Counted from the stretch's first letter, positions 10,268-19,288 are shown. The stretch is DNA of 64,000 nucleotides from Candidatus Nezhaarchaeales archaeon (GCA_038887515.1 JAWAKK010000001.1:67518-131517); one strand, 5' to 3'. The notes: a model not told the origin generated them from the letters alone. Translations and numbers: made by a program.

Positions 10268-11712
10268 AAGAGTTCAAGGTGAAGATAGGACTAGAATGCC
10301 ATTGCCAAATGACTAGCTTGAAGACTAAGCTCTTTTGTAGGTGTCAAGCCGACTATAGGGGAAAGTCGCCAAACAATAACGTCTGCCCCACATGTCTAGG
10401 ACTTCCAGGCTCTCTTCCCTATCTAAATAAGAGGGCGGTCGAAGAGGCGATTAAGGTAGCGTTAGCATTAAACTGTAAGATAAACAGAAAAATGATTTTT
10501 TACAGGAAGAACTACTTCTACCCTGATCTAAGTAAGAACTTTCAGATCTCTCAATACGATTATCCACTTGCGGTAGATGGACGGATAGCGATAAGTGTTA
10601 ATGGTGTTGAGAAGAACATCAGGATAAGGCGCGTGCACATAGAAGAGGATCCTGGGAGACTTGTATATAAGGGGGGTATAGAATCTTCACCCTACACCTT
10701 AGTCGACTACAATAGGATGGGAGTTGCTCTCCTCGAAATCGTAACCGAGCCAGACATAGAGACGCCGACCGAAGCTAAAATATTCCTTCAAGAACTAAGA
10801 TCCATATTGGAACATTTAGAAGTCTCTGATGGAAGTCTAGAGGGATCTATGAGATGCGATGCCAACATATCTCTTGATGGTGGCAGTAGGGTAGAGATAA
10901 AGAACATATCCTCATTTAAGGAGGTGGAGAAAGCTCTATCCTATGAGATAATAAGGCAGCGAAACTTGCTAAGAAGGGGGATGCAAGTAAGAAGAGAGAC
11001 AAGGCACTGGGACGAGGTTAGGAAGATAACCGTCGCTCTTAGAGCGAAAGAAGAAGAGATGGATTACAGATACTTCCCAGAACCGGATTTAGTACCAATA
11101 GAAATAACTGACGAAACTATAGAAAAAATTAAGGCATGTTTACCAGAACTACCAGCAAATAGGCGCCTCAGGTTAATTAAGCAATATAATCTAAGAGATT
11201 ATGAAGCACGAGTCTTAACTTCTGATAAACAGTTAGCGGACTTCTTTGAAAAATTGGTATCGCTCCATGGAAATCCTAAGGTGGATTGCAACCTTGTAAT
11301 AAATGAGCTATTGAGGTTGTTAAACGAGAAAAACATAGAGGTCAGGGACCTCAAATTCACACCACTGGAAGTCGCAGAACTATTGAAGATGGTTGATGAT
11401 GGAACGATAAGCTGGAAGACCGCGAAGTACGTGTTGAGGAAGATGGTCGATACTGGTGAACATCCCAGAAAAATAGTCGAAGTTGAGGGTATGAAGAGGA
11501 TAGCAAGCGTCGAGGAGATAGAGAAGTACGTAGACAAGGTCTTCAAACGTTGTGAAGGAGACGTAAAAGAAGCATTAAGAGATCCCAAGGTTATACATAG
11601 ACTTGTAGGTGAGGTGTTAAGAGAAACAAATATGCTTGCTGACCCTAAGATAACTTTTCAAGTGGTCTCGAAGCGAATTGAAAGACTAAAACAAGCTTCT
11701 CAAAAAGGCTAA
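10264..11712 (+). CDS. gatB: Amidotransferase subunit B.
   Basis: Has the GatB/GatE-type N-terminal domain (CHCQ...CPTCLGLPGSLP) and a YqeY-like tail. It overlaps the gatA stop by 4 nt. Confidence 0.9.
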   Translation: MKEFKVKIGLECHCQMTSLKTKLFCRCQADYRGKSPNNNVCPTCLGLPGSLPYLNKRAVEEAIKVALALNCKINRKMIFYRKNYFYPDLSKNFQISQYDYPLAVDGRIAISVNGVEKNIRIRRVHIEEDPGRLVYKGGIESSPYTLVDYNRMGVALLEIVTEPDIETPTEAKIFLQELRSILEHLEVSDGSLEGSMRCDANISLDGGSRVEIKNISSFKEVEKALSYEIIRQRNLLRRGMQVRRETRHWDEVRKITVALRAKEEEMDYRYFPEPDLVPIEITDETIEKIKACLPELPANRRLRLIKQYNLRDYEARVLTSDKQLADFFEKLVSLHGNPKVDCNLVINELLRLLNEKNIEVRDLKFTPLEVAELLKMVDDGTISWKTAKYVLRKMVDTGEHPRKIVEVEGMKRIASVEEIEKYVDKVFKRCEGDVKEALRDPKVIHRLVGEVLRETNMLADPKITFQVVSKRIERLKQASQKG

Positions 11713-12082
11713 GAACCTAGTAGCGGGCTTTAAGAGAAGCTGTCATCGGGCGTATTTGTGTAAACCAATAATTATGTTATTATGCTGTTAAACCTAAAGT
11801 ATCTAAGGAGCAATATTTACTTCATGTCCTTAGTAAGTAAAGTTCATCACAACAGATTATTGGTTGTCGGATTTATTTCCGATCCAGGGGCTCAGCATGG
11901 TAGCTCTAATCATCCTTCATCGCTTTTAACCTACATCATAGCCCAGACGTAGCTGCCTACTACTATAAGCCCTTTAGGGATTGCTAAGCGTTTATGCCGA
12001 GTGCTACCTTCATAACACTGATGGTACCGTGATTAATTAAAGCTGTTAGCCAATCTCCGATATTGCGATACATAGGCTACGG
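11713..12082. other. A 370-nt non-coding gap between the convergent genes gatB and idsA. It is a candidate location for an ncRNA.
   Basis: No ORF longer than about 40 codons is present here. The gap is unusually long for this very compact window. It contains a D-arm-like string (GCTCAGCATGGTAGC), but no complete tRNA cloverleaf can be folded from it. Confidence 0.25.
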
Positions 12083-13153
12083 TTACTTCATCCTTTCGAC
12101 GACGAGTCTTGCCAGATCCCTTAATATGTCTCTTACGTCGGAGCTTATATCGGCTTCGTCAAGAACTGATGAACCTTTTCTTGCAAGGTTTAGTGCCAAT
12201 TCCCGAGTGTAGTCGAGAGCTCCCGTCATCCTTATTACATCTTTTACTTCCTCTATATCCTCTCTGGATGCAAGATCATTACCAAGGGTTCTCTCCAATA
12301 TCTTCCTCTGTCCAGGAGAAGCCCACTCCCATGCCTTAATGACCAAGAGTGTCCTCTTACCCTCTCTTATGTCTGAGCCTACGGGCTTGCCTACGACAGC
12401 CTCGTCTCCAAAGACCCCTAAGATATCATCTTGCAATTGAAATGCTATACCTACTGGAATGGCATAGTTAGAATAAACATTCAATAATTCTTCATCCGCT
12501 CTCGCTAAGACCCCACCTATGCGCAATGGTCCGTCAATGGTGTATATTGCTGTTTTAAGCTTATGGACTTCCAAGACATCTTCCTCTTTGATGGCGTTTA
12601 TGGGCTCTTTCTTCAAAGTAATATCAAGTATCTGCCCATAACCAGTCTTCTCTACGACGTCTTGCATTAATTCTATCGCCTTTAAAACAACGTCGTATTC
12701 AAAATTTGACTGTAAAATTGCTTGTACTGCATACGTAGCAGCAAGATCTCCAGCTATTATAGCCATGCTATAACCATAATGCGTAGAATCTTCATATCCA
12801 TAAAGCTTTAAATGAATATCCGTAAATGTCTTCCAAACCGTGGGTCTGCCCCTTCTAATTTCGTCTCGATCCATCACGTCGTCGTGAATTAACAAATAGG
12901 AGTGAGCCAACTCGATAGCTATAGATGCTCTTACTATTCTGCTATCAACAACCCCCTTAGAACCTGCATAGCCCAATATCATTAGCGAAGGTCTAATTCT
13001 CTTGCCTCCACTTAACGTAAACCTAGCTATCTCTTCGACAACTCGCCGTCTCCTTTCGTCGCTAAGAGATTCAATTTTAGTCTTCAAGAAGTTTGCCAAC
13101 TCTTCCTCTATTTGATGCCCATATCTTTCGATGAAGTCTTCAAAGGGTCTCAT
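12083..13153 (-). CDS. idsA: Polyprenyl diphosphate synthase of the trans-IPPS family, either GGPP synthase or a longer-chain synthase.
   Basis: Contains the first aspartate-rich motif (LIHDDVMDRDEIRRGRP) and the second (FQLQDDILGVFG). Confidence 0.85.
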   Translation of the reverse strand: MRPFEDFIERYGHQIEEELANFLKTKIESLSDERRRRVVEEIARFTLSGGKRIRPSLMILGYAGSKGVVDSRIVRASIAIELAHSYLLIHDDVMDRDEIRRGRPTVWKTFTDIHLKLYGYEDSTHYGYSMAIIAGDLAATYAVQAILQSNFEYDVVLKAIELMQDVVEKTGYGQILDITLKKEPINAIKEEDVLEVHKLKTAIYTIDGPLRIGGVLARADEELLNVYSNYAIPVGIAFQLQDDILGVFGDEAVVGKPVGSDIREGKRTLLVIKAWEWASPGQRKILERTLGNDLASREDIEEVKDVIRMTGALDYTRELALNLARKGSSVLDEADISSDVRDILRDLARLVVERMK

Positions 13154-13222
13154 GGTTAACTTTAATACTGAAAATTTTTAATTAAAGCTTTTCGAGGTTG
13201 TCATTGAGGCTCGATTAAGATC

Positions 13223-16060
13223 ATGGTTGAAAATGCCTTTGACCTATTAAGCGAGGAGATAAGGAGAGAGCTTATTAGCTTAGGCCTTACGAAGCCGACG
13301 GAGCCCCAACAGAGGGCCATCCCCCTAATTTTAAGTGGAAAGAACGTCCTCATAGTGTCTCCGACAGGAACTGGCAAGACGGAGGCAGCAGTTTTACCGA
13401 TATTCGATTTGATGAAAGTGTTGAAGGAGAGACATGAAGCTCAGGGGATACTATGCATCTATGTAACACCTCTCAGAGCTCTCAATAGGGACTTATGGGG
13501 TAGATTATCGAAGCTAGCCGAGAGAATAGGACTAGTGATTGAGGTTAGACATGGAGACACGCCGCAACACACTAGGAGGAAACAGGCTCAGCGGCCACCA
13601 GATATGTTGATAACTACTCCCGAGTCTCTGCAAGCGATACTCATAGGCAAAGTGATGAAGAGAAGTTTGTCGAACGTCAGATGGGTCATAATAGATGAAA
13701 TACATGAGCTCGTGGTCGACAAGAGAGGGGTTCAATTGTCCCTAGCCCTTGAAAGGTTGAAGAAGATATCCAGCAGACAATTGCAAAGGATAGGGCTTTC
13801 AGCTACTGTTGGCTCGGTAGACTTAGTTGGGAAGTTTCTTGTCGGTAGTGATGGTGACGTCGACGTAGTTTACATCCCTACATCTAGGGAGATGCAAATA
13901 ACTGTAGATTCCATTTCTTGCGAAAATGGAGAGCTCGCCTCAAAACTTCAAGTACCTCCTCCTATAGCATCAGCAATAGCTAAAGTAGCAGATGAGATAA
14001 GTCGGCACGAGAGCGTTCTTGTATTTACAAACACAAGAGAGAGCGCCGAACTGCTTGCTTCACGCCTAACGCTAATAGCTGGCGACATTAAAGTCAAAGT
14101 ACATCACGGCTCGCTCTCAAGAGAGGAGAGAATTCAAGCAGAGAACGACTTTAAAAGCGGTTTGGTTAAAGCCCTCGTATGCACATCCTCTCTTGAACTT
14201 GGAATAGACATAGGCTCTGTCGACTTCATAGTCCAGTTTACATCGCCCAGACAATCGACGCCACTAGTGCAAAGAGTAGGACGCTCTGGTCATAGAGTGG
14301 GTGGTGTGGCAAGAGGTCTCGTAGTGTCCTATTCATCTGACGACATCATAGAATCTGCAGTCTTGGCTAGGAGAGCAATGAGTGGAGAACTTGAAGAGAT
14401 AAAAGTTCATGAATGTGCATTTGATGTTTTGGCCCATCAAATAGTAGGTCTCGTAATTGATGAAGGCTCAGTAGACGTCGATGAAGCTCTTAGAATAGTT
14501 AGAGGTGCGTATCCCTATAAGGATCTAACTCGCGAAGCTTTCTTCGAGACTATAAAGTTCCTCTGCGATAGGGGGATCATAAAACTCGCGGGTTCAAGAC
14601 TTAAACGAGCCGGCAGACAAACCATAGAGTTTTACCTACAAAATTTATCAATGATACCTGATGTGAGGAAGTACGACGTAAGAGCCCTACCCGATAAGCA
14701 TAGAGTTGGATCCCTCGACGAAGAGTTCGTAGCTACTAAGGCTGAAGGCTCGCCAAGTATAATCTTAGGAGGTAGGGTTTGGAGGATCGTTGGTGTCGAA
14801 GAGTTGACGGTTTATGTAGAGCCCTCCGACGACATCTTTGGAGCCATACCGGCCTGGGTTGGGGAACTCATACCAGTTCAAATCGAAGTAGCTCTCGAAG
14901 TCGCTTCGATAAGAAGGAGGATCGAAGAACTGTATAACAAAGGATGCGATGTGAGAGAAGCCCTCAGGGGGTATCCTTTAAATGATAGAGCCCTTGAGGC
15001 AGCATTAGAGGATGTTATAGAACATCTAGGGCGAGGATTACCGTTACCCCACGATAGAAGGATAGTTGTTGAAGGTCTTGGGAATTACATCGTAATTCAT
15101 GCATGCTTAGGATCTAAAGCCAATGAATTACTTGGCCTCATATTATCTTCGATGCTCTCTAGCTCTCTAGCTCTAACAGTCCGCTATAGAGCGGATCAGT
15201 ATAGGGTCCTGATAATTTCGCCTCGAAGTATAAGAGCTAGCTTTGTAGCTAAAATGTTGAGCGAGCTTAGACCAGAGGACGTCGAGGTACTGGCCATAAA
15301 CCTTATTCCGTCTTCTGACATATACCTTTGGAGACTATTTCACGTAGCAAAGCGTATGGGAGTTGTAGATAAGAACGCTGAAGTCAAAGCCTTTTCCAAA
15401 GCCTATAAGTTCTTACTCGGAACGATAGTCGATAGGGCTGCTAGAATGGAGGTTTTAATAGATAAACTTGACGTTGAGGGGCTTAAGCGAACATTAGAGC
15501 TAATTGCGAAAGGAAAAGTAGAAGTCGTTTGGTTTGAAAGTGAAGGGCAAGCATCGCCCATGGCTATGCCGATACTCAACAAGTATATTCCAATAGAAGC
15601 ACATCTCCTTAAGGTCTCTGATAAGACTTTGGATGAAATGGTCTATGAAAGACTCATGGAGAGGACCGTGAAGCTAGTGTGTATGTACTGTGGTGGTTGG
15701 ACGACCGTAAGAAAAGTCAGGTATGTGCCTGACGACGTAAGATGCCCTAAATGTGGAGCCAGGTATATAGCTGTCACATGGCCAGGAGATAACAAAATCG
15801 AGAAGCTACTTAAAAAGATGTTTTCGGGTAAGCTCAATAAGCAGGAGATGGACGATGTTAGGAGATATAAGATGTCGGCAGGATTAGTCTTGACCTACGG
15901 CAAGAAAGCAGTTATGGTTCTAGCTGCTAGAGGTGTCGGTCCCCACACAGCATCAAGAATACTCGCTAAAGATGCTAGGGGCGATGGTACGCTATTTAAG
16001 GACATACTAGAAGCCGAGAAGACTTATATTAGGACTAGGATGTACTGGTCAGACGCTTAA
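13223..16060 (+). CDS. lhr: Lhr-type superfamily 2 DExH helicase (archaeal Lhr-core with C-terminal domains).
   Basis: Shows Q-motif PTEPQQRAIP, Walker A SPTGTGKTEAA, DExH as VIIDEIHEL, and helicase motif VI QRVGRSGHR. A C-terminal zinc ribbon is present (CMYCGG...CPKCG). The length, 945 aa, is typical of Lhr. Confidence 0.85.
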   Translation: MVENAFDLLSEEIRRELISLGLTKPTEPQQRAIPLILSGKNVLIVSPTGTGKTEAAVLPIFDLMKVLKERHEAQGILCIYVTPLRALNRDLWGRLSKLAERIGLVIEVRHGDTPQHTRRKQAQRPPDMLITTPESLQAILIGKVMKRSLSNVRWVIIDEIHELVVDKRGVQLSLALERLKKISSRQLQRIGLSATVGSVDLVGKFLVGSDGDVDVVYIPTSREMQITVDSISCENGELASKLQVPPPIASAIAKVADEISRHESVLVFTNTRESAELLASRLTLIAGDIKVKVHHGSLSREERIQAENDFKSGLVKALVCTSSLELGIDIGSVDFIVQFTSPRQSTPLVQRVGRSGHRVGGVARGLVVSYSSDDIIESAVLARRAMSGELEEIKVHECAFDVLAHQIVGLVIDEGSVDVDEALRIVRGAYPYKDLTREAFFETIKFLCDRGIIKLAGSRLKRAGRQTIEFYLQNLSMIPDVRKYDVRALPDKHRVGSLDEEFVATKAEGSPSIILGGRVWRIVGVEELTVYVEPSDDIFGAIPAWVGELIPVQIEVALEVASIRRRIEELYNKGCDVREALRGYPLNDRALEAALEDVIEHLGRGLPLPHDRRIVVEGLGNYIVIHACLGSKANELLGLILSSMLSSSLALTVRYRADQYRVLIISPRSIRASFVAKMLSELRPEDVEVLAINLIPSSDIYLWRLFHVAKRMGVVDKNAEVKAFSKAYKFLLGTIVDRAARMEVLIDKLDVEGLKRTLELIAKGKVEVVWFESEGQASPMAMPILNKYIPIEAHLLKVSDKTLDEMVYERLMERTVKLVCMYCGGWTTVRKVRYVPDDVRCPKCGARYIAVTWPGDNKIEKLLKKMFSGKLNKQEMDDVRRYKMSAGLVLTYGKKAVMVLAARGVGPHTASRILAKDARGDGTLFKDILEAEKTYIRTRMYWSDA

Positions 16061-16179
16061 TTTGCATGACCAAATTTATCAAAGGGCTGCAAGGTCCCAG
16101 TATACCTTTAGATCTCGCCCCTTTTAAATAAACGAAGTAAAAAGTACAGCGAAGCTTTGAACTCCATGAAGTAACGTGA

Positions 16180-16209
16180 CTGAGAACATAAAAGCTGAGA
16201 ACATAAAAT
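16180..16209 (+). repeat. Perfect-but-one tandem direct repeat, 2 x 15 nt (CTGAGAACATAAAAG followed by CTGAGAACATAAAAT), located in the lhr-herA intergenic promoter region.
   Basis: The repeat is visible directly in the sequence, ending about 60 nt upstream of the TTG start at 16273. It is followed by an A/T-rich stretch (aaaatttagg) that resembles a TATA element. Confidence 0.6.
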
Positions 16210-16272
16210 TTAGGAGTATTTGTATGGTTAACTACAATAGATGCCCTAAACGTCATAGAGCTGGGAGATAAG

Positions 16273-19200
16273 TTGGAGAAGGATAGGTCGGAAACATCCT
16301 ACGCTAAGGCTGTAGGCATAATTGAAGGTAAAACTACTACCAATAGCTTTAGGATTAAGGTCTTGTCCAGCGATGTAGGGAAAAATTCCTTTCTTGAAGT
16401 AGCTCATGAAGGCTCATATTATGTCTGTGGAATTAAAGAGCTCTACCGAACTGAGGACGGCGTCTATGCAGAATGCTTCGTCATCGGTCAAGGACCCAAG
16501 CTACCCTTTACTCCTGGAAGCCCAGTTTACATAGCTAGAGAGGAACATGTAAGAAAAGCATTAAGGCTAAGTGATGACCCCTCAACCGGGATATACGTCG
16601 GCAAGCTGAAAGGATTAGAATGTAGAATTTGGCTTCCAATAAAGAAGCTCGGGAGAATATTCATAGTCGGAAAACCCGGTTCAGGTAAGTCTTACACTGC
16701 AGGGGTCTTCATAGAGGAATTACTGAAGAAAGGGATACCGCTACTAGTAATAGACGTTCACGGCGAGTACTCAAGTTTGAAGGTGATGGGTGACGTAACT
16801 TCCGAAGAGTTTGATGTATATCCTAAATCTTATGCGGAAAACGTTGTAGAGTTCGGAAATCTCAAAGTTAATCCTGGTGCTGACCTCTCGCTTGACATCT
16901 TAGAAGCAGCTAGGCCTGAAGACTTGATAGTTCCAGGCCAATGTACAATAATAAATCTTAGGGGCCTACTCAAAGAGGAGCAGATATCTCTAGTATCTTT
17001 TCTCCTCGAGAAAGTCTTTCAAGCAGTCATGGAAGGTAGGTTGAGGCCCTTTTATTGTGTTCTTGACGAGGCCCATAGATTTGCTGGAAGAGAGAGGACT
17101 AAGGCAACTGATGTTATTAGAAGGTTTGCACAGGAGGGTAGGAAATTTGGTGCAGGACTAGTCGTTATAACTCAAAGACCCCAACTACTTGATACGACCG
17201 TTAGAGGACTCGTGGGTACATGGGTAATTCATAGACTCTCAGACCCTAATGACATGAGGATAACGTTGGAAAGTGGAGGGCTTGAAAGTGAGTGGGAAAA
17301 CGTTATTGCTTGGCTCGAAAGCGGCGAAGCCGTCATAACGGGCGAAGCCGTTGAGAAGATACCGATAATAGTTAGGATTAGACCCCGAGAAACAAAGCAT
17401 GGAGGTGAAGGCTTTAATCCATTGGACTACGCAGCTAAGCCTAGCGACACTTCGGTTACGAAGATTCTTGAAAAGCTCTCTAAGACCGTAGTGCGCGACT
17501 TAGATAAACTTCAAAAACAACCCATTTCAGCTGTAGGCCTTCCCCAAACTTTTTTACCAATAGTCGTTGACGAGTCGGAAATCTTAACAAAGATCAAAGG
17601 CAAGTTACCCAATTTAAATGTCGACATGGTATCGTTAGAGATAAACTACATGCCTGCTCTATACTGTGAAGTTGAGGCGAGGGTTGAAAGGCAAAACCCT
17701 TACGTGAAGTTCTCAGATTCCATTCAGAGGCTAATACCAATCGGAGTAGAGGTTGGAGAGATAAATTGGGATAGCTCCCAAGCATATGGCGTAGAATTAA
17801 AGGATTTAGAGTCTATCGAACTCCTCCCATCACCCCCACAACCGGGCCTTTATCAAAAAACATGCTTTAATATTGCAGACTCAAAGGCCGTCAAGAAAGT
17901 TAAAGAAGAATTGTTGGCCTACACCGCTACAAAGCTTGTAAAAACGCTCTACTATAGCAAGAAATTAGGTAGGTTTTCGCTGACGAGCGATAGGCAAGCC
18001 TTCTTGTCAGAGTGCCTTAAGGAGATAGCTGAGATAGAACAAAACGAGGAGAGAAGTCTTGAAGAAAGTTACCTTAAATCTATTGCTGAAATAGACAAAG
18101 CAATAGAAAGGTACAACGAAAGGCTTCGAAGGCTCAGCGAACAATACAATATTTTAAACTACGAATACGAGCAACTGCGCGAACAATTAAAGGAAGCTAA
18201 GAAGCAGAAGAAATCCATACTAAAGCTTTCAAAACAGCTAGAGCTTAGAAAAAATAAGATAGAAGCCATTAGGGATGAAATATTGAAGATAAACACTCAG
18301 ATAAGAACATTAAACGATAAAAAACGAGCAATAGAGACGGAGCACAAGGAAAAAGTTAGGGAATTGAGAATAAAAATAGATTCGCTTAAAAAGTTTGACG
18401 TGAAGTCGCTAGTGATCCAACCCGAGCTTGAGGAGCTCTCGGTAAATAGCTTTCAACTCACGTGGGTTCCCATATATAAAGCTAAAGTGGTCATAGCGGG
18501 TGAAAATACGTCCAAAGAAATCGGAGTATGGTGGAACGCCTTAAATGGTAAGGGATTCTACGGTTCGTGTGTTATATGCGATGCAGAAATAAGGGACCTA
18601 TCAAACATGGCCATATGTGAAGTATGTTTTAATCCCATGTGTACGGCGCATATACTTGAATGCTATGCCTGTAGGGCACGCATATGTGCTAAGGACTCTT
18701 GGACTTGCGAATCATGTTCAAGGACTTTGTGCTTAAAAGAACCTCCATCTAGATGCAAATCTTGCGAAGCATTGTTGTGCAGGGAATGTGCTAAGAAATG
18801 TGTAGCCTGCGGAGGTGAGATAGCCTATTGTTCAAAACATCTAAAGAATTGCCCCGTATGTGGTGTAACGCTGTGCGATGAACACTTTAAAACTCATGTT
18901 ACGAAATGTAGCATTTGCTCCAAGACTATATGCGAAGCGCTGTCCGACAGATGCTCCATATGCAATGAGCCTCTGTGTAAAACTTGTTCAAATATATGTG
19001 CCGAGTGCGGTAAGACAATTTGCAGACGACACAGCTGGAGATGCAAAAGCTGCGGTAGGACATTTTGTATAAATGAGGAAAAGAAAACGTGTAGTGTATG
19101 CGGCGAGGATATGTGCTCATCGCATTCAAACTTCTGCGAGTTATGCGGCAAAGTAGCCTGTAAGAATCACACTTATCGATGTACTTCTTGTGGTAAGCTC

Positions 19201-19284
19201 ATATGCAAGGACTGTGTAGGTGAATCTAAGGGTTTTCTCCGGAGAAAAATGCTTTGTGTTGAGTGTGCGAGTAAGGAAAGTTGA
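16273..19284 (+). CDS. Multidomain protein. It has an N-terminal HerA/FtsK-like (DUF87) P-loop ATPase, a central coiled coil, and a C-terminal tandem array of CxxC zinc knuckles.
   Basis: The start codon is TTG. The ATPase region carries a HerA-like N-terminal barrel, Walker A (VGKPGSGKSY, encoded at 16669-16692), Walker B (CVLDEAHRF), and the HerA signature VVITQRPQLLDTTVRGLVGTWVIHRLSDPND. Residues encoded at about 18000-18420 are a heptad-rich region biased towards K, E and L (EQYNILNYEYEQLREQLKEAKKQKK...). Residues encoded at 18568-19281 form about 14 repeats of the form C-x2-C-x4-C-x5-7. Confidence 0.8.
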   Translation: MEKDRSETSYAKAVGIIEGKTTTNSFRIKVLSSDVGKNSFLEVAHEGSYYVCGIKELYRTEDGVYAECFVIGQGPKLPFTPGSPVYIAREEHVRKALRLSDDPSTGIYVGKLKGLECRIWLPIKKLGRIFIVGKPGSGKSYTAGVFIEELLKKGIPLLVIDVHGEYSSLKVMGDVTSEEFDVYPKSYAENVVEFGNLKVNPGADLSLDILEAARPEDLIVPGQCTIINLRGLLKEEQISLVSFLLEKVFQAVMEGRLRPFYCVLDEAHRFAGRERTKATDVIRRFAQEGRKFGAGLVVITQRPQLLDTTVRGLVGTWVIHRLSDPNDMRITLESGGLESEWENVIAWLESGEAVITGEAVEKIPIIVRIRPRETKHGGEGFNPLDYAAKPSDTSVTKILEKLSKTVVRDLDKLQKQPISAVGLPQTFLPIVVDESEILTKIKGKLPNLNVDMVSLEINYMPALYCEVEARVERQNPYVKFSDSIQRLIPIGVEVGEINWDSSQAYGVELKDLESIELLPSPPQPGLYQKTCFNIADSKAVKKVKEELLAYTATKLVKTLYYSKKLGRFSLTSDRQAFLSECLKEIAEIEQNEERSLEESYLKSIAEIDKAIERYNERLRRLSEQYNILNYEYEQLREQLKEAKKQKKSILKLSKQLELRKNKIEAIRDEILKINTQIRTLNDKKRAIETEHKEKVRELRIKIDSLKKFDVKSLVIQPELEELSVNSFQLTWVPIYKAKVVIAGENTSKEIGVWWNALNGKGFYGSCVICDAEIRDLSNMAICEVCFNPMCTAHILECYACRARICAKDSWTCESCSRTLCLKEPPSRCKSCEALLCRECAKKCVACGGEIAYCSKHLKNCPVCGVTLCDEHFKTHVTKCSICSKTICEALSDRCSICNEPLCKTCSNICAECGKTICRRHSWRCKSCGRTFCINEEKKTCSVCGEDMCSSHSNFCELCGKVACKNHTYRCTSCGKLICKDCVGESKGFLRRKMLCVECASKES
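18568..19281 (+). repeat. Coding tandem repeat of about 14 units, each about 15 aa, built from Cx2C-x4-C knuckles. This is the poly-zinc-ribbon tail of the HerA-like protein.
   Basis: Examples of the units are CEVCFNPMC, CYACRARIC, CKSCEALLC, CVACGGEIAYC, CPVCGVTLC, CSICSKTIC, CAECGKTIC, CKSCGRTFC, CSVCGEDMC, CELCGKVAC and CTSCGKLIC. The biased TGT/TGC-rich DNA also generates stop-free reading frames on the opposite strand. Confidence 0.75.
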
Positions 19285-19288
19285 AAAG

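Noticed and set aside
11860-11900. Possible tRNA (from the D-arm-like motif GCTCAGCATGGTAGC).
   Set aside because: The flanking sequence cannot form an acceptor stem, anticodon arm or T-arm. No GTTC-R-A-TCC T-loop is present.
16180-16209. Possible CRISPR array (from the direct repeats).
   Set aside because: There are only two adjacent 15-nt copies, no spacers, and no cas genes. It is a promoter-region tandem repeat, not a CRISPR array.
16035-16256. The minus-strand 73-aa ORF in the lhr-herA spacer.
   Set aside because: It lies antisense to the lhr 3' end and the promoter region. Its composition is low-complexity, and it is probably non-coding.
18878-19151. Three overlapping ORFs at 18878-19072, 18894-19151 and 18926-19129, lying inside the cysteine-rich tail.
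   Set aside because: They are artefacts of the repetitive TGT/TGC-rich coding repeat. The sense frame encodes a regular CxxC array continuous with the upstream ATPase.
13223-19284. The idea that the Lhr + HerA-like pair is part of a defence island.
   Set aside because: I did not adopt this as the primary reading. The locus is flanked by core isoprenoid genes. It has no nuclease, Sir2/TIR or methyltransferase partners. No integrase, transposase or tRNA boundary is present. A chromosomal DNA-repair or maintenance role is equally plausible.
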